Shown: positions 19,655-30,147 of the stretch, in pieces
How the letters are laid out: every line of letters starts with the position of its first letter
Position numbering within the stretch: position 1 is the first letter of the stretch
NCBI GenBank assembly: GCA_035550135.1
Contig: DASZQB010000120.1
Coordinates: 8,785 to 72,784 of the forward strand
Direction: 5' to 3'
DNA: 64,000 bases
From: Verrucomicrobiales bacterium
GTDB lineage: Bacteria; Verrucomicrobiota; Verrucomicrobiia; Verrucomicrobiales; V1-33
Position numbers and translations under genes: made by a program
Notes under the pieces: generated by a model
What the model was told of the DNA's origin: nothing
Database searches by the model: none
What the model saw: the letters and a program-made list of their open reading frames with translations, nothing else

Positions 19655-20173
19655 ATGGGGCGCACTCCGTGCCGTGCAGGTCAGGTCCACAGGCGGCAGC
19701 AGCGAATTCGGCCAACCCAAAGACCTCCACAAACAAACTATGGTGGCTCCCGCCGCATTTGCATCGGCTGTCCTTCAACCTGGGAGGCCAAATTTGAACA
19801 CGCCACCCGCAATCTCGACGTTGATCATTATTTTGAGGGACGGACTTACGGAAACGGACTCAGCGGTCTTTGTATTGTCTTGAACTGTAAAGATCCCTCT
19901 CTCGGTCATCGACAGCGAATCAGACTCTCGAAGGCTGCAGGAACCCTCCCGATGGATGTGATGTTGCCCCTTAAGGACTTTGTTGGAGTTTCACATCAGC
20001 AAAGGCGCACCGCCGTTTGTGAGGCATTACTGGCAAAGGTCCCGAGGGCCATTCGGAAGTATTCGATTCGGGATTTCGACGCCGAATGGTTCCTGAGGGA
20101 GGTTCAAGCTTATGTGACCAATCGCCTGCTTGGAGCCGGCGCTGATCGGCTTGATCACCTTTGCCTTCTTTAG
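19655..20173 (+). CDS. Hypothetical protein, possibly an orphan polymorphic-toxin immunity protein (Imm44-like); start uncertain
   Basis: From about 19755: YGNGLSGLCIVLNCKDP...RIRLSK...MDVML...KYSIRDFD resembles immunity proteins (from memory); the N-terminal ~33 aa look non-coding. Confidence 0.45.
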   Translation: MGRTPCRAGQVHRRQQRIRPTQRPPQTNYGGSRRICIGCPSTWEAKFEHATRNLDVDHYFEGRTYGNGLSGLCIVLNCKDPSLGHRQRIRLSKAAGTLPMDVMLPLKDFVGVSHQQRRTAVCEALLAKVPRAIRKYSIRDFDAEWFLREVQAYVTNRLLGAGADRLDHLCLL

Positions 20174-20324
20174 CTTTCACAATGTCTGGCCCGTGCCTTG
20201 TTCAGCCGGACATCCGGGGCCTTCCTCGCGCTCTCGAGGTGAGCCCGGTCAGACCTTTAGCATACGCAGGCGCACACGCATAAACTCTTGCCGCACGAAA
20301 CTCATGGAGAGAGGGCCGACCGGC

Positions 20325-20852
20325 ATGCAAGATCACGATCCATTCGGCGACGTTTCCACGACAGGCTTCCGTGAGGGAAATATTCTCTTTGTTCCTTTGG
20401 CAAAGGCTCCATGGTTGCCCGCGGATCGCTGCATCAGGTGCGGGAATCCGGCCTGCCGGGAATTGACGCGGAAAATTTCTTTGAAACATCCAGGGTGGGT
20501 GCTGCTGGAACTGCTGGGGCCGCTGGCAAGTTTTTTGGGGGCGGTGGCGGCCGGGGAGGAGGAAATTGAAATCGGGATTGGACTCTGTCCAAAACACCTG
20601 TGGGTGCGCAGGGCAAGACTGCTTACCGCATGGTTGCTGTTCGCTGCGGCGATCGGGGCCGCGATCTATCACCGGATCGATCCGCCCGTCGCCGGCACGG
20701 ATTTGCTAATCATTTTCGGCCTTCTGGTAATGAGCCTGGTGATGGCGTGCGCTGCCTGGTACTATCCAGTCTCCATAGGGCGCCAGGGGAGCCATCTGCT
20801 AAAGATAAAGGGAGCGGGGGGCGCCTGGTTAAGACAGTTCCGGGACGGTTGA
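20325..20852 (+). CDS. Small membrane protein with Cys motifs
   Basis: LPADRCIRCGNP and GLCPKH motifs, hydrophobic segments; start at 20304 or 20325. Confidence 0.65.
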   Translation: MQDHDPFGDVSTTGFREGNILFVPLAKAPWLPADRCIRCGNPACRELTRKISLKHPGWVLLELLGPLASFLGAVAAGEEEIEIGIGLCPKHLWVRRARLLTAWLLFAAAIGAAIYHRIDPPVAGTDLLIIFGLLVMSLVMACAAWYYPVSIGRQGSHLLKIKGAGGAWLRQFRDG

Positions 20853-21331
20853 CGCCACAAGCCCCTCTACGCCATCGCCCGCGCTGTTTCCTCGCTTCGC
20901 CGTGGCGACCACAGCGCCGCCCGCCTCAAACTCCAGCAACAAGCCGCCGCCCGCGCTGCCGCCAAAACCCCTCCCTCCGAACCCGTCTCCCAAGGACCGC
21001 GGATTTTTAATCCGCCCCAGCAACCCGAGCCCCTCCTAACGAGCCTTCCCTCCGAAGAACCCGCCGCCCCCGCTTCGGAAAATCAAGGTAAATCAAGCCT
21101 CTCCGACTCAGCTCATCCTGCTCATCCTCCCACTCTTACTCTCTTCGCATTAGCCCCCTCCGAACCCGCCGATTCAACCATTCACGATTCACGATTCCCC
21201 TCCATTTGCGCCCCTCCCTCCGGCCCCATTCATCTATTCTCCATTCTCCATTATCTCCCTCCCCCAAAATCCTTCACTTATCCTGAAGTTTAACGTTTGA
21301 TCTTCCCCATTTTCCCCGTTCCTTACCCCTC

Positions 21332-21946
21332 ATGCTCTCGCTCGCGCTTACTGGCGGCATTGCCACGGGCAAATCGACGTTTGCCCGGCTTTTTTGCGAA
21401 ATGGCTCCGGAGACGTGTTTTTTCGACTCCGACGCCGTGGTGCATGAGTTGTTGACAAAGGGTGAGGTTGTGGCCACGGTGACGGCGTCTCTGGGACAAA
21501 ACCTCACCAGTGCTGACGGAACACTGAATCGCAGCCGGCTGCGGGAACTTGTATTCGAGCATCCGGACCGCAGGAAAACCCTTGAAGGCATCCTGCATCC
21601 GCTGGTCCGCGCCGCCTGCGCCGCTTCACAGCAACAGGCCCGCGCCGCGGGGGTCGCGGCCTATTTCCTTGCCGATGTGCCCCTGCTTTACGAATCCGGT
21701 TTCCCGCTCCAGCGGGATTTGGATGTGGTCGTCGCCTGCGGTCCTGCTACCCAGCGGCACCGCCTTATGGAACGGAGCGGATTCGCGCCGGACCTCGCCG
21801 AACAAATCCTTGCCGCCCAGCTTCCCATTGCGGAGAAGATGGACCGCGCTGACACAGTTCTGTGGAATGGCGGAGAACCGGAATCCCTGAGGCGCCAAAC
21901 TGAACACTTTTTATTATGGTTGAAGAACAAGAAGAGCAAATCCTGA
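21332..21946 (+). CDS. coaE: Dephospho-CoA kinase
   Basis: LTGGIATGKST, DSDAVVHEL, LEGILHPLV, DVPLLYE. Confidence 0.95.
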   Translation: MLSLALTGGIATGKSTFARLFCEMAPETCFFDSDAVVHELLTKGEVVATVTASLGQNLTSADGTLNRSRLRELVFEHPDRRKTLEGILHPLVRAACAASQQQARAAGVAAYFLADVPLLYESGFPLQRDLDVVVACGPATQRHRLMERSGFAPDLAEQILAAQLPIAEKMDRADTVLWNGGEPESLRRQTEHFLLWLKNKKSKS

Positions 21947-23316
21947 AATCCGACGCGCCACCGGCAACGGAGGAAGCCGCGTCGCAGGATCCCGAAAACA
22001 CCCCGAACGCTGAGGGGGAGGCTGCGGAAGCCAAAGTCGCGCCGCCGGTGCCGGAAACCGCGACCCTGAACGAATTCCAGCTTCAAAGCGTCAAGCAGCT
22101 CTACGATCTTGGCACCTCGCTCGGCCTTCGCGTCGGCGGTGTGCGGTCGAAACACCAACTGGTGTTTGAGATCCTCTGCCACTACGGCCGCAATGGCAGC
22201 GTCATTAAGGCGCACGGCATTCTGGAGATCACCCGCGAAGGCTTTGGAATCCTGCGAAATCCAAAATACAGTTTCGCCCCCTTCCCGGACGACGTGTTCC
22301 TTTCACCCTCGGTGGTGCGCCGGTATAATCTGCGTCCCGGTCTGTATATCGAGGTCGCGGCCCGCGCCCCGCGTGATGCCCGTGAGAAATTCATCTGCGC
22401 CGAGACCGTCCTCACCATCGAGGGCCAGCCGGGCGAGGGATGGCAGGCTCCCACTTTCTTTGACAAGCTCACCGCCCTTTTCCCTAACGAGCGTATCATC
22501 CTGGAGAACCGGAAATCGAAAGCCATCGGTCCCCGTGTGGTGGACATCGTGGCACCGCTCGGGAAAGGCCAGCGGGGTCTCATCTGTGCGCCGCCCCGTG
22601 GCGGAAAGACGGTTTTGCTGAAGGACATCGCGGCGTCGATCAAGGAAAATCACCCGGAGATCGAACTCATTGTTCTCCTCATCAACGAGCGTCCCGAGGA
22701 GGTGACTGATTTTGTGGAGAGCGTCGGGTGTCAGGTATTTTCGTCCACGTTTGACGAGCCCGCCGGAAGACACATCCAGGTGGCGGAACTCGTCCTCGAG
22801 CGCGGCAAGCGGCTGGTGGAACTCAAGCGCGACGTCGTCATTCTGCTCGACAGCCTCACCCGTCTGGCCCGTGGCTACAACAGCCAGCACGGCGGCAAGA
22901 GCGCCTCGGGTTCCGGCGGTGTCGATCACGAGGCCCTCCAGAAGGTGCGCAAGTTCTTCGGTTCCGCCCGGAAATGCGAAGAGGGAGGCAGCCTCACCAT
23001 CCTCGCCACCGCCCTCATCGAGACGGACAGCAAGATGGACGAAGTCATCTTCGAGGAGTTCAAAGGCACAGGCAATTTGGAAATCCAGCTCGACCGCGAA
23101 CTCGTCGAACGCCGTATTTATCCGGCCATCCATGTGCAAAAATCCGGCACCCGAAAGGACGACCTCCTCTACCACCCTGACGAATTCCGCCGCATCGGGG
23201 CGATTCGAAAGCAAATGTCCCAGCTCCCCGCAGGCGAGGCCATGGAGGTGCTCATCCGCAGCATCAAGGCCACCGGTTCAAATGCCGAGTTGCTCCTCAC
23301 CGGCCTCCGCCTGTAA
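21916..23316 (+). CDS. rho: Transcription termination factor Rho
   Basis: GFGILR RNA-binding motif, [43 protein letters not shown]. Confidence 0.96.
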   Translation: MVEEQEEQILKSDAPPATEEAASQDPENTPNAEGEAAEAKVAPPVPETATLNEFQLQSVKQLYDLGTSLGLRVGGVRSKHQLVFEILCHYGRNGSVIKAHGILEITREGFGILRNPKYSFAPFPDDVFLSPSVVRRYNLRPGLYIEVAARAPRDAREKFICAETVLTIEGQPGEGWQAPTFFDKLTALFPNERIILENRKSKAIGPRVVDIVAPLGKGQRGLICAPPRGGKTVLLKDIAASIKENHPEIELIVLLINERPEEVTDFVESVGCQVFSSTFDEPAGRHIQVAELVLERGKRLVELKRDVVILLDSLTRLARGYNSQHGGKSASGSGGVDHEALQKVRKFFGSARKCEEGGSLTILATALIETDSKMDEVIFEEFKGTGNLEIQLDRELVERRIYPAIHVQKSGTRKDDLLYHPDEFRRIGAIRKQMSQLPAGEAMEVLIRSIKATGSNAELLLTGLRL

Positions 23317-23340
23317 TGTCGTTTTTCTCCCTCCTGCGAC

Positions 23341-24423
23341 GTGCCTGACAGCCTGAAGGACCATTACCTCGCCACTCCGGATGCCCTCAAGGCATGGCTC
23401 TCCCGGCTGCCCCAGGGCGACGGTATCCGGGTGGCAATCGACACCGAGGCCGATTCCCTCCATTCCTATCGCGAAAAGCTCTGCCTCATTCAAATGGGGG
23501 TCGGAGAGAACAAGGCGCTGATCGATCCGCTGGGCATTCCGGACCTCACTCCGCTGGTTGAGTATCTGGACCGCGCCGAAATCTGGGTGCACGGTGCGGA
23601 CCTGGACATGACGCTGATGAAGCGCACGTTCAATCACATCCCGGAACGGCTTTACGATACTCAAGTCGCCGCGCGGCTTACGGGTGAACGCCAGTTTGGC
23701 CTGGCACACCTGGTGGAAAGCAAATTCGGCATCGCCCTCTCCAAGCAGTCCCAGCGCGCCGATTGGGGGAAGCGTCCGCTTACAGACAAGATGATCGAGT
23801 ATGCGCTCAATGACGTGCATTACATCCTCCCTCTGGCCGACGGCTTCCTGACAAAACTCAGGGAACTGGGGCGCGAGTCATGGTTCCTTGAAAGCTGCGC
23901 AGACGCGCGCCAGTCCGTCCTGAACCGCCCCGCGCCGAATCCGGATGAACAGTGGCGCATTACCGGCAGCGGCGCGCTCAAGCCCTGCGGCCTGCATTAC
24001 CTCCGCGCCTTCTGGCGCTGGCGCGACCGCGAAGCCGAACGCATCGACCGCCCCACGTTCAAGATTATCGGCAACGCCGAACTCCTCGCCTTTGCCGCCG
24101 GCATGCAGGAGGGCAAGGACGCCGTCCTTCCCGACCGCTACCCGCCGCCCTTCCACCGCCGCTTTTACAAGGCTCTCAAGGAAGCCAAAGAGGCGCCCGA
24201 ATCCGAGTGGCCGCGCCGCCCGCCCCGCCGTCGCAATGAGCGAAATCCCGAAGCTGAGCGCCGCTTTGATGCGCTCAAGGAGAAACGCGACCATCTCGCT
24301 ACGGAACTCAATATTGATCCTTCGTTGCTGGGATCGCGCGCGGTGCTGGAGCAGATAGCCGTCGATGCCAACAAAGCCGGTGACCTGCTGCTCAACTGGC
24401 AGCGCCAGATTTTGGGGTTGTAG
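23341..24423 (+). CDS. rnd: Ribonuclease D (3'-5' exonuclease + HRDC)
   Basis: AIDTEADSLHSYREKLCLIQ, DTQVAA, ADWGKRPLT..MIEYALNDV, WRDREA. Confidence 0.9.
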   Translation: MPDSLKDHYLATPDALKAWLSRLPQGDGIRVAIDTEADSLHSYREKLCLIQMGVGENKALIDPLGIPDLTPLVEYLDRAEIWVHGADLDMTLMKRTFNHIPERLYDTQVAARLTGERQFGLAHLVESKFGIALSKQSQRADWGKRPLTDKMIEYALNDVHYILPLADGFLTKLRELGRESWFLESCADARQSVLNRPAPNPDEQWRITGSGALKPCGLHYLRAFWRWRDREAERIDRPTFKIIGNAELLAFAAGMQEGKDAVLPDRYPPPFHRRFYKALKEAKEAPESEWPRRPPRRRNERNPEAERRFDALKEKRDHLATELNIDPSLLGSRAVLEQIAVDANKAGDLLLNWQRQILGL

Positions 24424-24483
24424 CCGCAAATCCGCAAATGCGGTTCTTGTTCCGCCCCGCCATAACATATACACCGACCCGTT

Positions 24484-25344
24484 ATGAATACGCCTGTTCT
24501 TCATCATCCTGTTTCCGTGAAGTCAGCGAAGTTTCTCCTGGGAGGTATCGTTTCCCTGGGGCTTCTGAGCGCCCCGTCCCAAGCCGCCCTAACGGCATAC
24601 CGCAACGCCGTGATCGCCGATGGAGCCATCGCTTATTATGAATTTGAAGAAACCGTCGGCACCACCATTTCAGACAGCGCGGGCGGAGATAACAACGGGA
24701 CCATCGTCGGCGGTGTCGGGTTGAATCAAACCGGTGGTCCCATCGGCCTCGGCCGGTCCTCCAGCTATAATGGAACCGACGCGCGTGTGCGCATTCCGGA
24801 CAATGCCATCTTTGATCTGGGCACCGGCGCGTTCTCGGTGGAAGTCTGGTATCGCGCCAACGTGACAACCCGCGGCGATCTGATCACTTATAAAGGGTCG
24901 GGCGGAGACTTTGGCATTCACAGCGGATCGCAGTCCGCCAATACCACCAGTCTCTATCACAATACCTATCGCATTCAGAACGCCCCGGTGAATCCTGCGG
25001 GCGGCGCATGGAACCATCTCGTCGCGGTGAGGACCGGCGGCAACATTTCCATGTATGTAAACGGGGTTCTTTCGCAAACCGTTGCGGATGGCGACTCCAT
25101 GAACATCACGAACGACCTTCTGATCGGCACCAATCACATGGGCAGTCCTGACAATCCCACGCTGCTCTTCAACGGTCTGATCGACGAAGTCGCCATCTAT
25201 CCCTCCGCCCTCAGCGCCGCCCAGGTAGCCAATCACTTCGCCCTCGCCTCAGCTCCGGAACCCGGCGCCGCCGGTCTTCTCGCCCTCGCGGGTGTCGCGG
25301 GATTGCGCAGGCGCAGAAAGGTGATCAGTGAGGAGGCGCGGTAA
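24484..25344 (+). CDS. LamG-like jellyroll PEP-CTERM protein
   Basis: IAYYEFEE, WNHLVAV, FNGLIDEVAIYPSALS, APEPGAAGLLALAGVAGLRRRRK. Confidence 0.88.
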   Translation: MNTPVLHHPVSVKSAKFLLGGIVSLGLLSAPSQAALTAYRNAVIADGAIAYYEFEETVGTTISDSAGGDNNGTIVGGVGLNQTGGPIGLGRSSSYNGTDARVRIPDNAIFDLGTGAFSVEVWYRANVTTRGDLITYKGSGGDFGIHSGSQSANTTSLYHNTYRIQNAPVNPAGGAWNHLVAVRTGGNISMYVNGVLSQTVADGDSMNITNDLLIGTNHMGSPDNPTLLFNGLIDEVAIYPSALSAAQVANHFALASAPEPGAAGLLALAGVAGLRRRRKVISEEAR

Positions 25345-27097
25345 ACATCATGCGCTCTCCATTCACTGGATGCGTGAATGAGATGCGATGTGCGTGCAGT
25401 TGCAGCGGCGGATCATCCACCGCGAGCGTCTGCGTGTCGCCCATGGTCCGGCCCGGGAGGTAAAGCGGATCGCCGCAAACGGGGTATCCCATGTCCCAGA
25501 GGTGGACGCGAATCTGGTTGGTGCGCCCCGTGACGGGACGCGCCTCCAAGAGGGCGGTGCCATCGGCCTCCCGGCACAGCACCCGGCATTCCGTGCGTGA
25601 GGGCAGAGTGCCTCCCTCCGTGGTGCGCCCTCCCATCTCACCGGACTCCGCGCTGATAGGCGCATCGCAGACGAAGTCATCCTGCGACGGGTGGCCCTGC
25701 ACACGAACGAGATAGATCTTCTCCACTTCACCGCGCTGAAACTGCTTCTGCAAAAGACCCGCGAAATGGCGCGTGCGGCAAATGACCACCACGCCGGTGG
25801 TATTCGCGTCGATGCGATGTGCGGGCCGCGGACGCTGCGGATGGAAAGCGACGCTCAGCAGGTATTGCAGCGTATTGCGGTTGAACCGTCCCCCCGGGTG
25901 AAAAGGAAGGGGAGCCGGCTTGTCGATAACGATGAGCGCCTCGTCCACGTGAAGAACACGAATTGCTGCATTCACCTCCGGCTCGCGTGTCGCGGGAAAC
26001 AGATGCAGAATCTGCTGTCCGCTGCGCACGCGGGATGACACGGTCAGGGGACGGCGGTCATTGTCGAGGAGATGACCTGCTTCCGCGGCGGACTCCCAAA
26101 GTTCGCGGGGCTGGTGCGGCAGGATGGCGGTGAGGAAGCCGATGAGCGTTTGGCCATCGCAGAAATCCGGGACACGCAACGGGCGGTAGTTGTCATAGGC
26201 AATGCTGCCGGGCAGAGGCGTGGCCGCCATGCGAATGGCCGCCTCGTACTCCGTCCGCAGTTGTTCCCGTCGCTCCGCAGGCTCCTGATAACAATACGGG
26301 CATGACTCGCCGGCCACGTATTTCTCCGATGCCTGATCGTCCGCCGTGAGCGGTGACTGACATGCAAAGCACTGGGACGAGTCCGTTTCCTCCAGGTGCG
26401 GGTCGAGTCCCACGCGCTGGTCGAAAACGAAGCATTCGCCGTCATAGTGCGCGTTGCCGCATTCCTCGAAGTATTTGAGTATGCCGCCCTCCAGTTGATA
26501 GATGGTTTTGAATCCCTCACGCTCCATGAAAGGCCCGGCCTTTTCACAGCGGATGCCGCCCGTGCAAAACATCACCACCGGCTGGTCCTTCAAAGAGTCC
26601 GGCAACCGCTGCACCGCCTGCGGAAACTGGCGGAAATGCGAAATGCCCGCCGGAAGCGCTTCACGGAATGTGCCCAGCTTGATCTCGTAGTCGTTTCGTG
26701 TGTCCAGCAGTGTCACCGGACGACCTTCATCCAGCCACTGTTTCAATTCCCGCGGTGTGAGCTTCGGCGAAGTGCGCGTGGCCGGATCGATCCCTTCGAC
26801 GCCGAAGGAAATGATCTCCTTTTTAATGCGAACGAGCATGCGGCGAAACGGCTGGGAATCGCTTTCGCTGGTTTTTACCTCGAGTCCGTCCAAACCAGGC
26901 AGTGCGCGAAGCCGCGAGAGCAGGTCGTCGATGCCCGCTTTCGCCCCCGCGACGAACAGATTGATTCCTTCGGTGCTTAGAAGGATCGTGCCGCGCAGCC
27001 CGGCAGACTTGCACAATACCAGCAGCTCCTCCCGCAGCGGTTTGAGACCGTTGAGGCGGGCGAATTTATAGGCGGCGATATTGGTGACGGGGGGCAT
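25325..27097 (-). CDS. TrhO-like rhodanese (tRNA U34 hydroxylase family) fused to a RluA-family pseudouridine synthase
   Basis: N-half: LRGTILLSTEGIN, DTRNDYE, FCTGGIRCEK, GGILKYFE, CFVFDQR. C-half: IDKPAPLPFHP, AHRIDANTTG, TGRTNQIRVHL, GDPLY. Confidence 0.9.
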   Translation of the reverse strand: MPPVTNIAAYKFARLNGLKPLREELLVLCKSAGLRGTILLSTEGINLFVAGAKAGIDDLLSRLRALPGLDGLEVKTSESDSQPFRRMLVRIKKEIISFGVEGIDPATRTSPKLTPRELKQWLDEGRPVTLLDTRNDYEIKLGTFREALPAGISHFRQFPQAVQRLPDSLKDQPVVMFCTGGIRCEKAGPFMEREGFKTIYQLEGGILKYFEECGNAHYDGECFVFDQRVGLDPHLEETDSSQCFACQSPLTADDQASEKYVAGESCPYCYQEPAERREQLRTEYEAAIRMAATPLPGSIAYDNYRPLRVPDFCDGQTLIGFLTAILPHQPRELWESAAEAGHLLDNDRRPLTVSSRVRSGQQILHLFPATREPEVNAAIRVLHVDEALIVIDKPAPLPFHPGGRFNRNTLQYLLSVAFHPQRPRPAHRIDANTTGVVVICRTRHFAGLLQKQFQRGEVEKIYLVRVQGHPSQDDFVCDAPISAESGEMGGRTTEGGTLPSRTECRVLCREADGTALLEARPVTGRTNQIRVHLWDMGYPVCGDPLYLPGRTMGDTQTLAVDDPPLQLHAHRISFTHPVNGERMMFTAPPH

Positions 27098-27256
27098 CGA
27101 ATGGGAACGCGGGGAAAACGCATCCTCCCTGTTCCTTACGAACTGCGCAAGCAAAGCTCCTGATGGCGTGGAGGAAAAGTGTGCGTTCTCTGCGCTTTTG
27201 TAGAAGCGTCCTGCCCGGATTTCTGCTAAATCTGCCGTTAATTAATCTCGCGCACG

Positions 27257-27946
27257 ATGAAATCCTCTCTTCGCCTTCTGTCCCTCTGCGCCGCTCTCAC
27301 CGCCGGCGCGGGCTCCGCTCACGCCACGCTTGTCATGTGGCAGGGGCAGGTAACCGGCGCAGGGACGACTCCCGCTACTACGCTCTTTACGACCGTAAAC
27401 GGTGCGGCTCCTCAATTGTTCGATGTGGGCAACCTCACTGGAGACCGTTCCTTTGAGTTCATTTATAATGCCGGGGTCGGAGGCGCGTCTCAGGCGCTGA
27501 TCGGAAGTCAGGCCGCGGTCGCCGGGGCTCAGGGTCTCAAAGTGAATCAGTGGAACAACACCGGCATGTATGGCGTTACGGATTTCGGTGTGGTGGATGT
27601 TGTTTCTCCCATCCCCTTTCTCCAGAATCAGAATGTCCACATCGTTTTCACTTCAAATGGTGTCGATACCCTGATGTATCTGAACGGAAGCCTATCACAT
27701 ACCTTCGGAGGCACCGATTTGACGATTACCGGTGTGAACGGCATCGGGGCGGCGGTAAATGCCGCAGGGACTGGTTTCTTCGACAATCTCGCCGGAGACG
27801 TCCTTGGCTTTGCCAGCTACGATTCCGCCCTGAGCCCGGCTGAAATTCTAACACATTCTCAGGCCTTCGCTGCGGTGCCCGAGCCGTCGGCGTCCGGCCT
27901 GGCGATACTGGCAGGCCTGGCGGCAGCGCGGAGACGCAGGCGGTAG
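27257..27946 (+). CDS. PEP-CTERM protein with LamG-like domain
   Basis: Signal peptide; HIVFT...MYLNG; YDSALSPAEI; VPEPSASGLAILAGLAAARRRRR. Confidence 0.88.
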   Translation: MKSSLRLLSLCAALTAGAGSAHATLVMWQGQVTGAGTTPATTLFTTVNGAAPQLFDVGNLTGDRSFEFIYNAGVGGASQALIGSQAAVAGAQGLKVNQWNNTGMYGVTDFGVVDVVSPIPFLQNQNVHIVFTSNGVDTLMYLNGSLSHTFGGTDLTITGVNGIGAAVNAAGTGFFDNLAGDVLGFASYDSALSPAEILTHSQAFAAVPEPSASGLAILAGLAAARRRRR

Positions 27947-28107
27947 CCCGCTTTCATTTTGGTTGTGTGATCGGAGCCGCATCCCGGAAGGGGTGCGGTT
28001 CTGTTTTTGGAATCGCCTCTCCTCTGCGGAGTCCTTGCGCCGCGCAGGATTATGCCGGATAAGCACGATGCCGCCCGTCCGACGGGTCCTATCGATCCCC
28101 GCCCGCC

Positions 28108-29103
28108 ATGTCCACTTCACCCGTCGCGCTCACGCCGGAGCTCGTTCACAGTGTCTTCGCCCGCATCCGGAATGAATTGTCGAAGACCATTGCCGGCCAG
28201 GACACCGTTATCAGCACGCTGCTGCTGAGCCTTTTTTGTCAGGGACACTGCCTGCTCGTCGGCGTGCCGGGACTGGCCAAGACGCTGCTGGTGCGCTCCA
28301 TGGCGGAAACACTGGGCCTGCAGTTCAGCCGCATCCAATTTACGCCGGACCTGATGCCTGGCGATATTCTGGGTTCGGAGATTCTGCGGGAATCCGGAGG
28401 GCGTGTGGAATTTGACTATCAGTTAGGTCCGGTGTTTGCCAATCTGCTGCTGGCGGACGAAATCAACCGCACGCCGCCCAAGACCCAGTCTGCGCTGCTG
28501 GAAGCGATGCAGGAGCGGCGCGTCACGGTGGCGCGGCAAACACGGGATTTGCCCTCGCCCTTCGTTGTGGTGGCCACGCAGAATCCCATCGAACACGAGG
28601 GCACCTATCCATTGCCGGAGGCGCAGTTGGATCGTTTTATGTTTTCGATCAACGTCGGTTATCCTGGACGCGACACTGAGGTGGAGATCGTGCGCCGCAC
28701 GACACAGGCAACGCTGCCCGGGCTGAAACAGGTAGTCACGGGCGAGGAACTGCTGGCCGTGGAGCAGGTGGTGCGCGCGGTGCCGGTGGCCGATCACGTG
28801 CTGCGCTACGCGGTGGATCTCGCCTGCGCCACGCGGCCCGGCGAGTTCGGTGCTTCGCAAACGGCGACGAACTACTTTGAATGGGGCGCGGGTCCGCGGG
28901 CTTCGCAATATCTCATTCTCGGCGCCAAAGCCATTTCGCTCATGAGTGGCCGTTCCGCGCCGGAGACCCGGGACGTCAGGGATGTGGCTCCCTATGTGCT
29001 GCCGCACCGTATTGTCCCTAACTACCGGGCCACGGGTGAAGGACTCAAAGCGCCGCAACTGGTGGAGGCGCTGATTAAGGAAGTGCCGGAGCCGGCATAC
29101 TAA
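28108..29103 (+). CDS. MoxR-family AAA+ ATPase
   Basis: GVPGLAKT, RIQFTPDLMPGDI, ADEINRTPPKTQSALLEAMQE, TQNPIEHEGTYPLPEAQLDRF. Confidence 0.95.
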   Translation: MSTSPVALTPELVHSVFARIRNELSKTIAGQDTVISTLLLSLFCQGHCLLVGVPGLAKTLLVRSMAETLGLQFSRIQFTPDLMPGDILGSEILRESGGRVEFDYQLGPVFANLLLADEINRTPPKTQSALLEAMQERRVTVARQTRDLPSPFVVVATQNPIEHEGTYPLPEAQLDRFMFSINVGYPGRDTEVEIVRRTTQATLPGLKQVVTGEELLAVEQVVRAVPVADHVLRYAVDLACATRPGEFGASQTATNYFEWGAGPRASQYLILGAKAISLMSGRSAPETRDVRDVAPYVLPHRIVPNYRATGEGLKAPQLVEALIKEVPEPAY

Positions 29104-29127
29104 CGAGTTTATCGCCCGGTTCCCGCC

Positions 29128-30138
29128 ATGGCTCTTTCCGATTCTTTTTCCGCCGCAAAGACCGGACGAATGCCGCCGCCGGTTCCAAAGCGTGCGGTAA
29201 AAACTCCGCCCATTCCGGCGGTGCGCGGCCAGCGGGTGCTCAAGGCCGCCGAACTGGACCCGCTGAAGAATCTCCTCCTTTTCGCGGAGTCGATCGTGCA
29301 GGGATGGTTTGCCGGCAAGCACCGCTCGTTCGATTTCGGTTCCAACGCAGAGTTCGTGGAGCACAAGGCCTATGTGCCCGGCGATCCAATGGTGCATCTT
29401 GATTGGAAGGTCTATGCGCGCTGCCGCAAACTGGTGGTGCGCAAGCACCGTGAAGAGAAACAAATGGCCGCCAATCTGGTGGTGGATGTCAGTGGTTCCA
29501 TGGCCTACAAGGTGGAAGGCCGTGACGGCAAACAACTGCGCGCCGCACGCATCGCCGCCGCCCTTGCCTGGCTGATGCAGCGCCAGGGCGACAAGTTCTC
29601 ACTCACTCTCTTCACCGACACGCTCGTCAGGCACATCCCCGCGGGCGGCACCCGGCGCCATCTCTTCGATTGTCTTGCGGCGCTGGAGGACCGCCTCGAT
29701 TCCAACCGCGGCCGCACCGGCGCCCATAGCGCGCTGGACCTCTGTGTACCCCTCTTCAAGCGCCGCGGCAGCATCATCTTCATTTCGGATTTTTTCACGG
29801 ATCTCGACCGGTTCTTCGATGCCATTGCGCAATTTCAGCACCGTCGCTTCGACATCCTGCTGCTGCACGTCATCGATCCTGATGAGCGCCTGCTGCCCGA
29901 GGTCCCGCTGGCGCGTTTTGTGGATATGGAAACCGGGGCCTCCATCCAGGTTGCGCCGGATGAGGTTCGTATTGCCTATCAGCGTGAGATGGCAGCCATG
30001 ACTGAGCGAATTACCACGGAGGCGCTGCGGCGTGGACTCGCCTATCACATTCTCAAAACCGAAGAGCCGTATCGCGAGGCCCTTGAAGCGTGGCTGGGGC
30101 TGCGGGGCCGTGCAGCAGGCCGGCCCGCCGGCAACTAA
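29128..30138 (+). CDS. DUF58 domain protein (vWA-like)
   Basis: GKHRS...EFVEHKAYVPGD..HLDWKVYAR, VDVSGSM, FISDF. Confidence 0.92.
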   Translation: MALSDSFSAAKTGRMPPPVPKRAVKTPPIPAVRGQRVLKAAELDPLKNLLLFAESIVQGWFAGKHRSFDFGSNAEFVEHKAYVPGDPMVHLDWKVYARCRKLVVRKHREEKQMAANLVVDVSGSMAYKVEGRDGKQLRAARIAAALAWLMQRQGDKFSLTLFTDTLVRHIPAGGTRRHLFDCLAALEDRLDSNRGRTGAHSALDLCVPLFKRRGSIIFISDFFTDLDRFFDAIAQFQHRRFDILLLHVIDPDERLLPEVPLARFVDMETGASIQVAPDEVRIAYQREMAAMTERITTEALRRGLAYHILKTEEPYREALEAWLGLRGRAAGRPAGN

Positions 30139-30147
30139 CGCATTGCC

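Noticed and set aside
19677..19703. SRP RNA-like CAGGTCAGGTCC...GCAGC motif
   Set aside because: Lacks the GGAA tetraloop / GGAAGCAGC continuation and the long enclosing stem
22303..23214. Long antisense or alternative-frame ORFs (also 13583-14449, 28423-29535, 41625-42926, 47840-49030, 52246-53502, 63268-63990)
   Set aside because: Shadow ORFs of well-supported genes, expected in GC-rich DNA; no motifs
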